Source: Candidatus Harpocratesius repetitus (GTDB taxonomy: Archaea > Asgardarchaeota > Lokiarchaeia > Sigyniarchaeales > Promethearchaeaceae). From it: 32,000 bases of DNA. The first letter of the stretch is position 1. Each line of letters opens with the position of its first letter. Below are positions 19,171-27,933 of the stretch, piece by piece. The notes beneath the pieces are model-generated. The model saw nothing but the letters and a program-made list of their open reading frames with translations. It ran no database searches and was not told the origin of the DNA. Location: the NCBI GenBank assembly GCA_021498095.1, contig JAIZWK010000001.1, forward strand, positions 3,090,001 to 3,122,000. Reading direction: 5' to 3'. The position numbers were made by a program, and so were the translations under genes.

Positions 19171-19315
19171 ACGATACTAACTTTTCTTTCTTAAATTAAT
19201 CTTTAGAATAATCTAATTCTAAGTATTCACATTAATAATGAAATTTATCAACAGAAATGATAAAAAAGCGAACAACCTAAAAAATCTAAAAAATATAAAA
19301 TTATGAAAAAGATAA

Positions 19316-20428
19316 TTACTCAATTTTCCATTTTCCCGCTTGATATATAATTTTATCATCAGCATAGATAATTGATTCTTCGCTGTGCATATCTTTTAAA
19401 ATATCCCAATGGATAGTAGATTGATTTTTTCCGCCAGTTTCAGGAAAACCCCGACCTAATGCCATATGTAAAGTTCCACCAATTTTCTCATCGAAAAGCA
19501 TGTTTTTAGTAAATTTGGTTATCCCATAATTGGTACCAATGGCAAATTCTCCGAAATGATCTGCACCTGGAATCTGCAGAACGCTGTCCAATAATTCTTG
19601 ACCTTTATCTGCTGTGGCTTTGACAACTTTCCCATTTTCAATCTCTAAATAAATATTTTCAATCTCTTTCCCTTGAAAAATACCAGGGTATGTAAAGCGA
19701 ATCTTCCCGTTAATGTTATCTTCTACTGGTGATGTGAAAATTTCACCGTCAGGAAGATTTTTATGCCCACATGAATTTACCCAAGTTCGTCCTGAAACAT
19801 CTACAGTTAAATCAGTATCTTCTCCTACTACATGAATGGTTTTGACTTTATTTAATTGCTCCACAATAGATGCTTGTTCTTGCTCAATCTTGCGCCATTC
19901 TTCAGCTGGATTATCCACGCTAAGTTTTAAAGCCTCAGCAACAAATTTTTCATATGAAAACAGATCCATTCCTGCTTCTTGAGCCATTGCGTCACATGGA
20001 TAAGGAACAATTGTCCATTTCAATTCGCCCGCACTTTCACGTTTTTCAAAAATTTTCATCATTTCTTGCAAATCTTTACTCATTTGTGCCTTTTGTAATC
20101 TTTCAGCTGGAATTTGCTCAAGTTTGTGTGTGTTATAATCAGCAAAAACATTAATTAAAGCATCATATGTTTCAACTGCAGTTTTGAACATTGGACTTAC
20201 AAATTGTAGTTGTTCATCTGAACCATACATTAATGTCATTTCTTGCAATCCAGGCACAATAGCTCGAACTTCAGGATGTCCTCCAGCTTGAATAGTCTCA
20301 TAAACTAAAGCACGGATCAACTCTTGGGCAACAATTGGGGCTTGAATCAAAACTTTATCACCAGATTTTACCCCAATTGCATAATTAATGGCAAGCTTTG
20401 CCACTTTGTCAAGGTTATATTCATACAT
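19316..20428 (-). CDS. Aminopeptidase, peptidase family M29 (AmpS/AmpT-like)
   Basis: NLPDGEIFTSP, FGEFAIG, LFDEKIGGTLHMALG, STIHWD. Confidence 0.92.
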   Translation of the reverse strand: MYEYNLDKVAKLAINYAIGVKSGDKVLIQAPIVAQELIRALVYETIQAGGHPEVRAIVPGLQEMTLMYGSDEQLQFVSPMFKTAVETYDALINVFADYNTHKLEQIPAERLQKAQMSKDLQEMMKIFEKRESAGELKWTIVPYPCDAMAQEAGMDLFSYEKFVAEALKLSVDNPAEEWRKIEQEQASIVEQLNKVKTIHVVGEDTDLTVDVSGRTWVNSCGHKNLPDGEIFTSPVEDNINGKIRFTYPGIFQGKEIENIYLEIENGKVVKATADKGQELLDSVLQIPGADHFGEFAIGTNYGITKFTKNMLFDEKIGGTLHMALGRGFPETGGKNQSTIHWDILKDMHSEESIIYADDKIIYQAGKWKIE

Positions 20429-20572
20429 TAAAAATCATCTAAAGCAGTTCGTCGTACGTTTAAAAGTTTTTATTATTCATTCTTTGAGAATTCAAAATAT
20501 TTAGGAAGATATATACGATCATGGAACTAATTTTTTTTCAATTACAAACAAATCAACTTTGATGTATACTTA

Positions 20573-22645
20573 ATGATCTTTCTTGATGCTTTATTTGTTG
20601 ATGATTTTCTATTTTATGCAATTCTCGAATCAATAATATTTATGATTTTATTGATTTCGGAAATATTTATGTATTTAAAATGGAAAAATCAGAAAAATTC
20701 CATATTGAAGATTAATCTGATTTATTTTTGTTTTCTTACATTAAGTGTTGGAGCATCAGCATCTTTAAAATTTGTTTGGAAATTTTATCTTGGTAATTTT
20801 AATAAATCAATTTGGCTTTTCATCTATGATCGTGGCTTCTTAATGACTTTTTTTCTTATATGTGCAAATATTACATTTAAATTCCTTTGTTTAAGACAAT
20901 TCTCTCAAAAATTGAAATTTAAAGATTTATTGATAGGTATTTTTGGATTAATTATTTTAAGTGGCTATTTTTGTAAAAATATAGAAGATTACTGGTTATC
21001 TATTGGATTATTGATTCATACTATTTGGGGATATCTTCCCGCTTTGATTAAAACTTATAGTAATTATAAAGAAATTCATGATTCAAGCAATCTAATTCTA
21101 TTATATTTGTTTTATTACTCTCTGATTTATAATTTCATTTGGATTTTTAATTTAGCAAATACTCTTTGGGATTTTCTTATAAGTAAATCTTTCGGTCCTT
21201 TTTATTATTTAATTTTTCTTTTTGTCTTAATTGCCATTCCTATCTTTTATAAATCAAATAATATTCTTTTCTTTTCTCTTAAAAATATTCATTCTCATTC
21301 TATAAAAATAAAAGAAATTATTTCACACCAGGATATTTTACAATCGAAAAAAGAGACATCATTTGAAAAACAAAATATTTGTGAAACTATTTTTATTTCT
21401 TGTCCAATTTGTCATAGATCCACATATTTTCTCCTTTCTCCAGAAATAATAAAACAATGTCAATTACATGAAAAAAAATATACTTCAATCTTCATACGCC
21501 GATATATAACATGTTCTCACTCTTATATTGTTTTTATTGATAAAAACTTTGTAATTCAGAGTTATCATCCATTAGATTTTTCAACAGATATAGAAAATTT
21601 ATTACAACAATTACCTGATTTAATTTTCTATATAAAATCAAATGGTTTAATCTTAGATGTGTTTGGAAATGAATCATTATTGATTGCTCCAAAAAAAGAA
21701 ATACTCAATCGATCAATCTACGAATTTTTTTCACTAGAAATTTCACAAAAAATAAGAAATAAAATAAAAAAGCTCATTGAAACAAAAAAATCTACTTCAT
21801 TTACATATAATGTTAATATAAAACAAGAACAGCGATTTTTCGAATCCAGATTGATTTTATCTTCAAACGATACAATATTAGCATTGATCGAAGATATTAC
21901 AGAAAGAAAGAAAATGGAAGAATCTTTGCTTCAAACGAGACTGAGAGAAGAAAAAATAGAATCAATTTCACTTATGGCTGGTGGAATCGCGCATGATTTT
22001 AACAATATTTTAGTTTCTATTTTAGGTATCGTTAATCTTCTCCAAGTAGACAATTCGTTATCACAAGAAAATAAAGAATTACTGCAAGATTTAGAGAAAG
22101 CAACTTTACGAGCAAGAGATTTAACAGATCAACTGTTAAACTTCTCAAAAAGCAAAGAACAAGTTGAAGAACTTAAAGAAATCGATCTACATCAAATTAT
22201 TCAAGATTCTCTCTCTTTAATTATGCGAGGTTCAAATTGCTTGTATAAAACATTTTTTTCTCAAAATTTACCTCATATTATGGGAGAAATCGGACAATTG
22301 AGCCAGCTTTTCAACAACCTATTAATAAATGCAAAACAAGCCATGCCGTCCGGTGGAACAATAAGAATAACTACTGAAGCTCGATCATTTTCAACAATAC
22401 GTGATTCTTCATTTTCATTTAAATCAGGAAATTATGTTCATATTTCAATTCAAGATGAAGGAGTTGGAATTCCAGATTCTGTTAAAAAGCACATTTTCGA
22501 TCCTTATTTCACAACAAAAAAAGAAGGAAATGGCTTAGGTCTTGCCACTTGTTATGCGATTGTAAAAAAACATCGTGGTTATATAACCTTTGAGTCTCAA
22601 ATTAATATAGGTACAATTTTTCATATTTATCTTCCATCAATATAA
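20573..22645 (+). CDS. Membrane sensor histidine kinase (about 7 TM + Cys/His domain + PAS + HisKA + HATPase)
   Basis: Seven hydrophobic segments in aa ~10-228, PAS (LPDLIF...EDITERKKME), H-box AGGIAHDFNNIL, N-box NLLINAKQAM, DEGVGI, FDPYFTTK, GNGLGL. No receiver domain. Confidence 0.9.
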   Translation: MIFLDALFVDDFLFYAILESIIFMILLISEIFMYLKWKNQKNSILKINLIYFCFLTLSVGASASLKFVWKFYLGNFNKSIWLFIYDRGFLMTFFLICANITFKFLCLRQFSQKLKFKDLLIGIFGLIILSGYFCKNIEDYWLSIGLLIHTIWGYLPALIKTYSNYKEIHDSSNLILLYLFYYSLIYNFIWIFNLANTLWDFLISKSFGPFYYLIFLFVLIAIPIFYKSNNILFFSLKNIHSHSIKIKEIISHQDILQSKKETSFEKQNICETIFISCPICHRSTYFLLSPEIIKQCQLHEKKYTSIFIRRYITCSHSYIVFIDKNFVIQSYHPLDFSTDIENLLQQLPDLIFYIKSNGLILDVFGNESLLIAPKKEILNRSIYEFFSLEISQKIRNKIKKLIETKKSTSFTYNVNIKQEQRFFESRLILSSNDTILALIEDITERKKMEESLLQTRLREEKIESISLMAGGIAHDFNNILVSILGIVNLLQVDNSLSQENKELLQDLEKATLRARDLTDQLLNFSKSKEQVEELKEIDLHQIIQDSLSLIMRGSNCLYKTFFSQNLPHIMGEIGQLSQLFNNLLINAKQAMPSGGTIRITTEARSFSTIRDSSFSFKSGNYVHISIQDEGVGIPDSVKKHIFDPYFTTKKEGNGLGLATCYAIVKKHRGYITFESQINIGTIFHIYLPSI

Positions 22646-23757
22646 TTTTTTTTTAATAAAATTACAATTATTCCACCCCAAAACAATAACACAACGAAAA
22701 ATCCACCAGGAAGAGAAATAAAATTAAAAATTCCTTTATTTCCTGATTCTGTATCACTATCGTCAGAATTAATTGGATTAGAAGTAGAATCTGTGTTTGT
22801 TGTACTCGATGTTGTACTTGAAGTTATGCTTGTGCTAGTATTTTGTTCAAAATAAGTATAATTTTCACCAACAGCAAGAATACTTTTAATACAAGCGGCA
22901 ACAGCGTTATTCAAATTTTCTTCAATTCTTTCATAATATGCAATTTTTGTTGAATTAGATTCTTCTTCACGTTGTTCTATCGTGAGAGCCCATCCTGAAA
23001 AGAAATTTTCATGAAGCCATACAGAACCTCTATGAAAGGCCAAAGTGGGATTTGGATCTGTGTAAGTATCCCAAGCTAATTCAACTGCTGCGTTATAAGG
23101 TGATTCAGGTAAAAGTTGTGTAATATTGATATTTAATTGAAAGAATTCTTCAACATCATCAACTTCATTTGTTCGTGTATTCACATAACCCTCGACTCTG
23201 GAATGATGTTCATCAAAATTTAAGTAGAAAGGTGCTACATTATTTGGAGCAACATGGGCATACATGCTCATATCTGCCAAATAGTGTGTCATTGCACCTA
23301 AATAAAAAGCAGCAGAATCCCAATTTCCTTCAGACATAGACACATCTGCCCAATCACCGCACCACTTGGCGCGTATTGCAGAGTCATCTTCATTAGCTAA
23401 AATTGAACCATTTTCATAAAAATAAATATGATGTAAAGCAGTATCACCAAAACCTGTTATATTTTTTCCATCTATTTGCATGGATACTCCTGAATTATCG
23501 GGAGCTTCAGTTCCGACATAAAAGATTTCACGACGTTCATTAAGCCAATTCCAATGAGAAGAATTAATCTCTAGAAGATAATCAAGTGCGGCATCCGCAA
23601 TCCAATCATGTGTGCCGTAATCAGTAGAATAATCATAATCTGAGGGATTGTAGGCATAGGAACCGTTTTTCCATGCAAATACAGCCGGTACGGATAAAAT
23701 AGACAAGGAAATTAAAATAATTAAAATAAAAGTTCCAATTTGGGCACTTAAATTCAT
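22627..23757 (-). CDS. Secreted, C-terminally membrane-anchored zinc-dependent phospholipase C family protein
   Basis: Signal peptide from Met at 23757 ending AVFA|W. Metal-ligand pattern W1, GTH, APD, HH, THYLAD-x5-H, HxxxE. Ser/Thr-rich linker and C-terminal TM with basic stop. The 3' end overlaps the convergent kinase by 19 nt. Confidence 0.82.
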   Translation of the reverse strand: MNLSAQIGTFILIILISLSILSVPAVFAWKNGSYAYNPSDYDYSTDYGTHDWIADAALDYLLEINSSHWNWLNERREIFYVGTEAPDNSGVSMQIDGKNITGFGDTALHHIYFYENGSILANEDDSAIRAKWCGDWADVSMSEGNWDSAAFYLGAMTHYLADMSMYAHVAPNNVAPFYLNFDEHHSRVEGYVNTRTNEVDDVEEFFQLNINITQLLPESPYNAAVELAWDTYTDPNPTLAFHRGSVWLHENFFSGWALTIEQREEESNSTKIAYYERIEENLNNAVAACIKSILAVGENYTYFEQNTSTSITSSTTSSTTNTDSTSNPINSDDSDTESGNKGIFNFISLPGGFFVVLLFWGGIIVILLKKNYIDGR

Positions 23758-23960
23758 TCTTCTATGTTTAAAAATATTGCCACATTTTTTCTGCACCAAA
23801 AGAATTTGTTTAAACATTGTAAACACTTCAAATATTTCAGATATAACCCTCTTAAAGATTCTAGATTTTTGATCTTTTTAAAAATTGGGCATTATATTAT
23901 TAACCGATTATGAAAAAGCCATGTTTTTTTTCAGTTATATAGGATAATACATCAATTCAA

Positions 23961-25301
23961 ATGCAATCAGTAACTTTTTGGCATAGAATGCAACGATCAC
24001 AAGTAGATCAAATACAACAAAATGGATCTGGTTTACAATCTATTAAAAAACAAAAACGAAATCTAAAATATAAAAGCATTCGACCTTTATGGTTCGCTGT
24101 TTTTTCGGATATAATTGGATTTTCGTTACTTACTGCTGTATTTCCGGATTTAACTCGAATATTTAATATTTCTTTCTTCCAAGTAAGTATCATTGCATCC
24201 CTAAATGGTTTATTTTCATTTATATCAGCCCCAATTTGGGGAAAATTATCAGACAAATACGGACGCAAACCATTGCTTCAATTATCACAAATAGGAACCA
24301 TTTTCGGATTTATTATTTTAGCTTTTGCCAATTCTTACTATATGATTTTGATTTCTCGGATTGTAGATGGAATTTTCGGCGGTAATTTTCCAATATCCAA
24401 AGCAGTTATTAACGATGTTGTCGAACCACAGGATATGGCAATGGAAATGACCAATATTGGAATTGCACATAATTTTGCCAATCTTTTTGCCCCAGCACTT
24501 GGTGGATTTTTGTATTCGCAATTTGGACTTGCAGGTCCTGGTCTAGCTGCTGCTTTTACATCTATTTTCACATTTACAATTACGCTTTTGCGATTACCAG
24601 AAACTGCACCCATTAAAACTGGGAAAACACTTCATACTATTAACCGTCAATCTGATGAAGGTAGAATGAATGGAGATATTGATAATAACCCAACTCGTTT
24701 TCCATGGTATAAACATACTTCATTGGTACGCGCTTTACTGATTTTAGCTCTCTCATCATTCGGATTTATGACAATTATCTCTAATTTAGCAAATTTTGGA
24801 TATAAAAAATTTGGATTAGATACATCTGAAATCGGAATTTTACTTATGATAACTGCAATAATTCAATTGACAACTAGATTCTCAATTTATATGCCAGCAT
24901 TGAAGAAGTGGGGCGAATATTATCTTGCAATTGTTGGATTTCTTCTATATATAATCGAATTTACCGTTTTTATTTTTATTTCTCAAATTTATCAATTTAT
25001 CATTGTGCTCGTATTTCACAGTTTAGCTACAAGTGCCACTCGGGGATCGATTTCATCATTCATCTCAAACTTAGCAAACCCTTGGGAACGCGGAAAAGTT
25101 CAAGGAATCGCATCTTCCATTGATACTTTCGCTCAAATAATTGGACCCCTTATTGGTGGAGCATTAATAACATTTTTACCTTTACAGTGGTTCACTTCTT
25201 TTAGCTTAATTTTAATGGTAGCCGCCATGAGTCTACTTCTTAGTTCGAAAGAAATGCATAAAGAACTCAAGAAAAAAAATAAAAATTTCCGTCGCTCTTA
25301 A
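23961..25301 (+). CDS. MFS transporter (TetA/DHA1-like)
   Basis: Motif A GKLSDKYGRK, RIVDGIFGG, PALGG, RGKVQG, about 12 hydrophobic helices. Confidence 0.9.
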   Translation: MQSVTFWHRMQRSQVDQIQQNGSGLQSIKKQKRNLKYKSIRPLWFAVFSDIIGFSLLTAVFPDLTRIFNISFFQVSIIASLNGLFSFISAPIWGKLSDKYGRKPLLQLSQIGTIFGFIILAFANSYYMILISRIVDGIFGGNFPISKAVINDVVEPQDMAMEMTNIGIAHNFANLFAPALGGFLYSQFGLAGPGLAAAFTSIFTFTITLLRLPETAPIKTGKTLHTINRQSDEGRMNGDIDNNPTRFPWYKHTSLVRALLILALSSFGFMTIISNLANFGYKKFGLDTSEIGILLMITAIIQLTTRFSIYMPALKKWGEYYLAIVGFLLYIIEFTVFIFISQIYQFIIVLVFHSLATSATRGSISSFISNLANPWERGKVQGIASSIDTFAQIIGPLIGGALITFLPLQWFTSFSLILMVAAMSLLLSSKEMHKELKKKNKNFRRS

Positions 25302-25459
25302 TGTAATCAAAAATAATGACTTATCAACACTCCATCTCTAAAATTCTTGATCTTTATACAAATTTAGGAGAAAAATACCATAATTAAATAAAAATAAGTA
25401 AAACTATTGATTTTTTAAAAAGAAAACCGAAAAAAAAATCAGATCGAATGGATCTTATT

Positions 25460-26323
25460 TCATTTTCTTATTTTCTTTTTCTTCATTTTCTTTTGAATTA
25501 ATTTTAACTGTGTATCAATAATGAAATGACCCAATTTTGGCCAGTGACGTTGAATAAATTGCACCCAACTTGAATCTCCTGGATAAATCGTATACTTTTC
25601 TTTTAAAATACCTTTCACAAATTTCAAAGCAACTGCATCTGCAGACATTAAACTCCCCGATTTGGAAATCTCAACGCATTCATAAGGTTTAATCTTATTC
25701 TCCTCATCAAAACCAGGTGTTTGAGTGTCTGGTGGAAAAATAATTGAAAATTTAATATTATAAGGTTTTAACTCGTGCCGCATAGATTCTATCAAACCGT
25801 AAATTGCAAATTTTGTGGGAGTATAGGTTGCATATCCAATTATTCCAACTATACTTGAAAGAGAAGCAACATTAGCATAATGTCCATGCTTTTGCTTCAG
25901 ATAATATGGAAGAATGCTCATCATAGGAACAAGCTGTCCATAATAGTTAACATTCATATTATTACGAAAATCTTCAATTTTTAAATTTTGAAGATAATCA
26001 GGATGGGCATAACCAACAACATTAATCATATAATCCGGAACACCCCGTTTGGCAATAAATTCATCAGACAATTGGCGGAATCTAGTCTCATCGGTAGTAT
26101 CACATGCAAACATGTCCACAAATTGGTTGGAATTTGAACAAAGTTTTTGACACTCTTGCTGAGCTTGTTGCAGAGTTTCTTGATTTCGAGCTACCAGACA
26201 AAGATTTCCGCCAAATTGCGCAATATACTTTGCAGTAGCGAAGCCTATGCCTTTTGAAGCACCACAAATAATTACAATTTTTCCACTAAATGGTTGTTTT
26301 TGAATTAGCTGTTTTATTTTCAT
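25460..26323 (-). CDS. Short-chain dehydrogenase/reductase, 3-ketodihydrosphingosine reductase (KDSR/FVT1)-like
   Basis: CGASKGIG (cofactor-binding Gly motif), NVNY, VASLSS, YTPTK (YxxxK), and PPDTQTPGFDEENKIKP. Confidence 0.8.
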   Translation of the reverse strand: MKIKQLIQKQPFSGKIVIICGASKGIGFATAKYIAQFGGNLCLVARNQETLQQAQQECQKLCSNSNQFVDMFACDTTDETRFRQLSDEFIAKRGVPDYMINVVGYAHPDYLQNLKIEDFRNNMNVNYYGQLVPMMSILPYYLKQKHGHYANVASLSSIVGIIGYATYTPTKFAIYGLIESMRHELKPYNIKFSIIFPPDTQTPGFDEENKIKPYECVEISKSGSLMSADAVALKFVKGILKEKYTIYPGDSSWVQFIQRHWPKLGHFIIDTQLKLIQKKMKKKKIRK

Positions 26324-26328
26324 GATTT

Positions 26329-26337
26329 CTCCTCCTT
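26329..26337 (-). promoter_or_regulatory. Shine-Dalgarno site of the SDR gene
   Basis: AAGGAGGAG 5 nt before ATG 26323. Confidence 0.6.
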
Positions 26338-26478
26338 ATTTTATTCAGTTGTATTTTTATTTTGGTGTTGTTAAGTTTTTAATTCGCATTTTTTCCATTT
26401 TATTCTTTTGCTTTAATTATCTCTATTTTTTGATTATTTATCGAATTTCCAATACTTCCATTAAGTTTTAATTATTTT

Positions 26479-26880
26479 TTAAAAAGTTATCCAAGAACCA
26501 CCCACAATTAAAAATACAATGCCCATCCCAATACAAATTACATTTATACTTAGATTCATTATTGTATCAACTATTGATTTTGTATATCCTTCATTTTGAA
26601 AGTTAAAAGAAGTATCAAGCAAACCAAGAAAAAGTAGTGATCCACCTACAGCAATTGTAAGAATAATCCCTAATTTAGAATTTTGTATCACAGTTATCCC
26701 TGAAATAATTAAAGCTGGAGTTAACCAAACCAGATCTGGAATAGGGAAAGAACGCTCAAATGCAAGATATTCAGGAGAATTCTTAGGATTTCGATTTTCT
26801 ACAGTAAAAAAATAAATCCAAAAAAGAATCAACCCGCCTGCAATAATAAATTCACTTGTTGCGATCCAGATCGCACTCAT
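26479..26880 (-). CDS. Small integral membrane protein (about 4 TM), unknown function
   Basis: 133 aa with four hydrophobic stretches; loop FERSFPIPD. Confidence 0.75.
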   Translation of the reverse strand: MSAIWIATSEFIIAGGLILFWIYFFTVENRNPKNSPEYLAFERSFPIPDLVWLTPALIISGITVIQNSKLGIILTIAVGGSLLFLGLLDTSFNFQNEGYTKSIVDTIMNLSINVICIGMGIVFLIVGGSWITF

Positions 26881-26915
26881 AATTTAGTCAAAGAACTGTT
26901 TGAATAAAAAGATTT

Positions 26916-27824
26916 TTAGTGACTATCAATCCACTGCTTGATTTTATTTAGAATATGATATTTTTGGGCTTGAACATCCGTTAACAACTCATGAAAAGCA
27001 TTTGGAATCAAATGTAAAGCTTTATCAGTTCCACCTAAACGTCTTATATATTCTTTCATACCCTGTAAATCAACCACAACATCTTTATCGCCATAAAATA
27101 TGCATGAAGGAACGAAATTTGAAAAATCAAGCGGTTTAAGCTGATGAACCATTTTTATCACCTGATAATAATATCTGGGCGTAACTTTATCAAGTCTCAG
27201 CAGATCGTTCATTTGATATTGAATATAAGCTTGAGAATTTGTCGAAAAGCGGCCTTGTCCCCGATCCTTGATATTAGGGCGCTCAATCCCACCAATTAGC
27301 CCATATGTAAATGATTTTTGGATTAAGGTAATTTCTGCAAGAGCAAAAGGTTTCAAAGCAGGTGATAGCAAAACCAAACCATTAATCATTTTTTGTATTT
27401 TTATGGTTGTTAAAATTGATACTGCAGCGCCCATACTCTCTGCTACAATAAATATTGAAGATTTCGGATATTGTTTACGCAAAAAAGAAATAAATTCGAT
27501 AATATCAGCAAGCCATAAAGAAAAATCAAGAATATCACCACGAGGATTCGATTCATTCCAACTAAGACCGTGTCCTCGAAGATCGGGAGCAACAACACGC
27601 CAACTTTTCGATTCGGTAAATTGAGCCAGATGATCTGCTAAAAGCACAAATTTTTGACCATGAGAATGTAAACCATGCAAACATACAACGAGCTTGGATA
27701 TTTCTAGATTTTCATCACGCTTATCGACTTTCATCTTTGGAATCCACTTTCTGTAAAAAAGAGGTAATCCATCAGAAGTACTATATTCAGAGCATTTTTG
27801 CTCTGTTAATGGATGAATTCGCAT
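26916..27824 (-). CDS. Alpha/beta hydrolase, monoacylglycerol lipase/lysophospholipase-like
   Basis: LHGLHSH, PDLRGHG, nucleophile elbow AESMG, YGDKDVVV, AFHELL. The start is uncertain: ATG 27824 chosen because the ORF-track start at 27977 overlaps nadE. Confidence 0.85.
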   Translation of the reverse strand: MRIHPLTEQKCSEYSTSDGLPLFYRKWIPKMKVDKRDENLEISKLVVCLHGLHSHGQKFVLLADHLAQFTESKSWRVVAPDLRGHGLSWNESNPRGDILDFSLWLADIIEFISFLRKQYPKSSIFIVAESMGAAVSILTTIKIQKMINGLVLLSPALKPFALAEITLIQKSFTYGLIGGIERPNIKDRGQGRFSTNSQAYIQYQMNDLLRLDKVTPRYYYQVIKMVHQLKPLDFSNFVPSCIFYGDKDVVVDLQGMKEYIRRLGGTDKALHLIPNAFHELLTDVQAQKYHILNKIKQWIDSH

Positions 27825-27933
27825 TTTTTCTAAAAATGGATTCGACCAACTCCCAATAGCGATATTTTTTTTAGTGATTTTTTTCTTTTTTCTTTGATTC
27901 TTTTTTAGCAAATTGGATTTCACCGTTGTAATT

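Noticed and set aside
20813-20845. DR(G) in the kinase TM region resembling the GPCR DRY motif
   Set aside because: It lies at the start rather than the end of the third helix; no other GPCR features, and 7TM histidine kinases are known in prokaryotes.
4944-27624. Numerous 60-120 aa ORFs nested in or antisense to purF, purL, the MTase, cofE, gyrA/B, the aminopeptidase, the MFS gene and the hydrolase
   Set aside because: They are shadow frames of well-supported genes, with no motifs or independent start signals.
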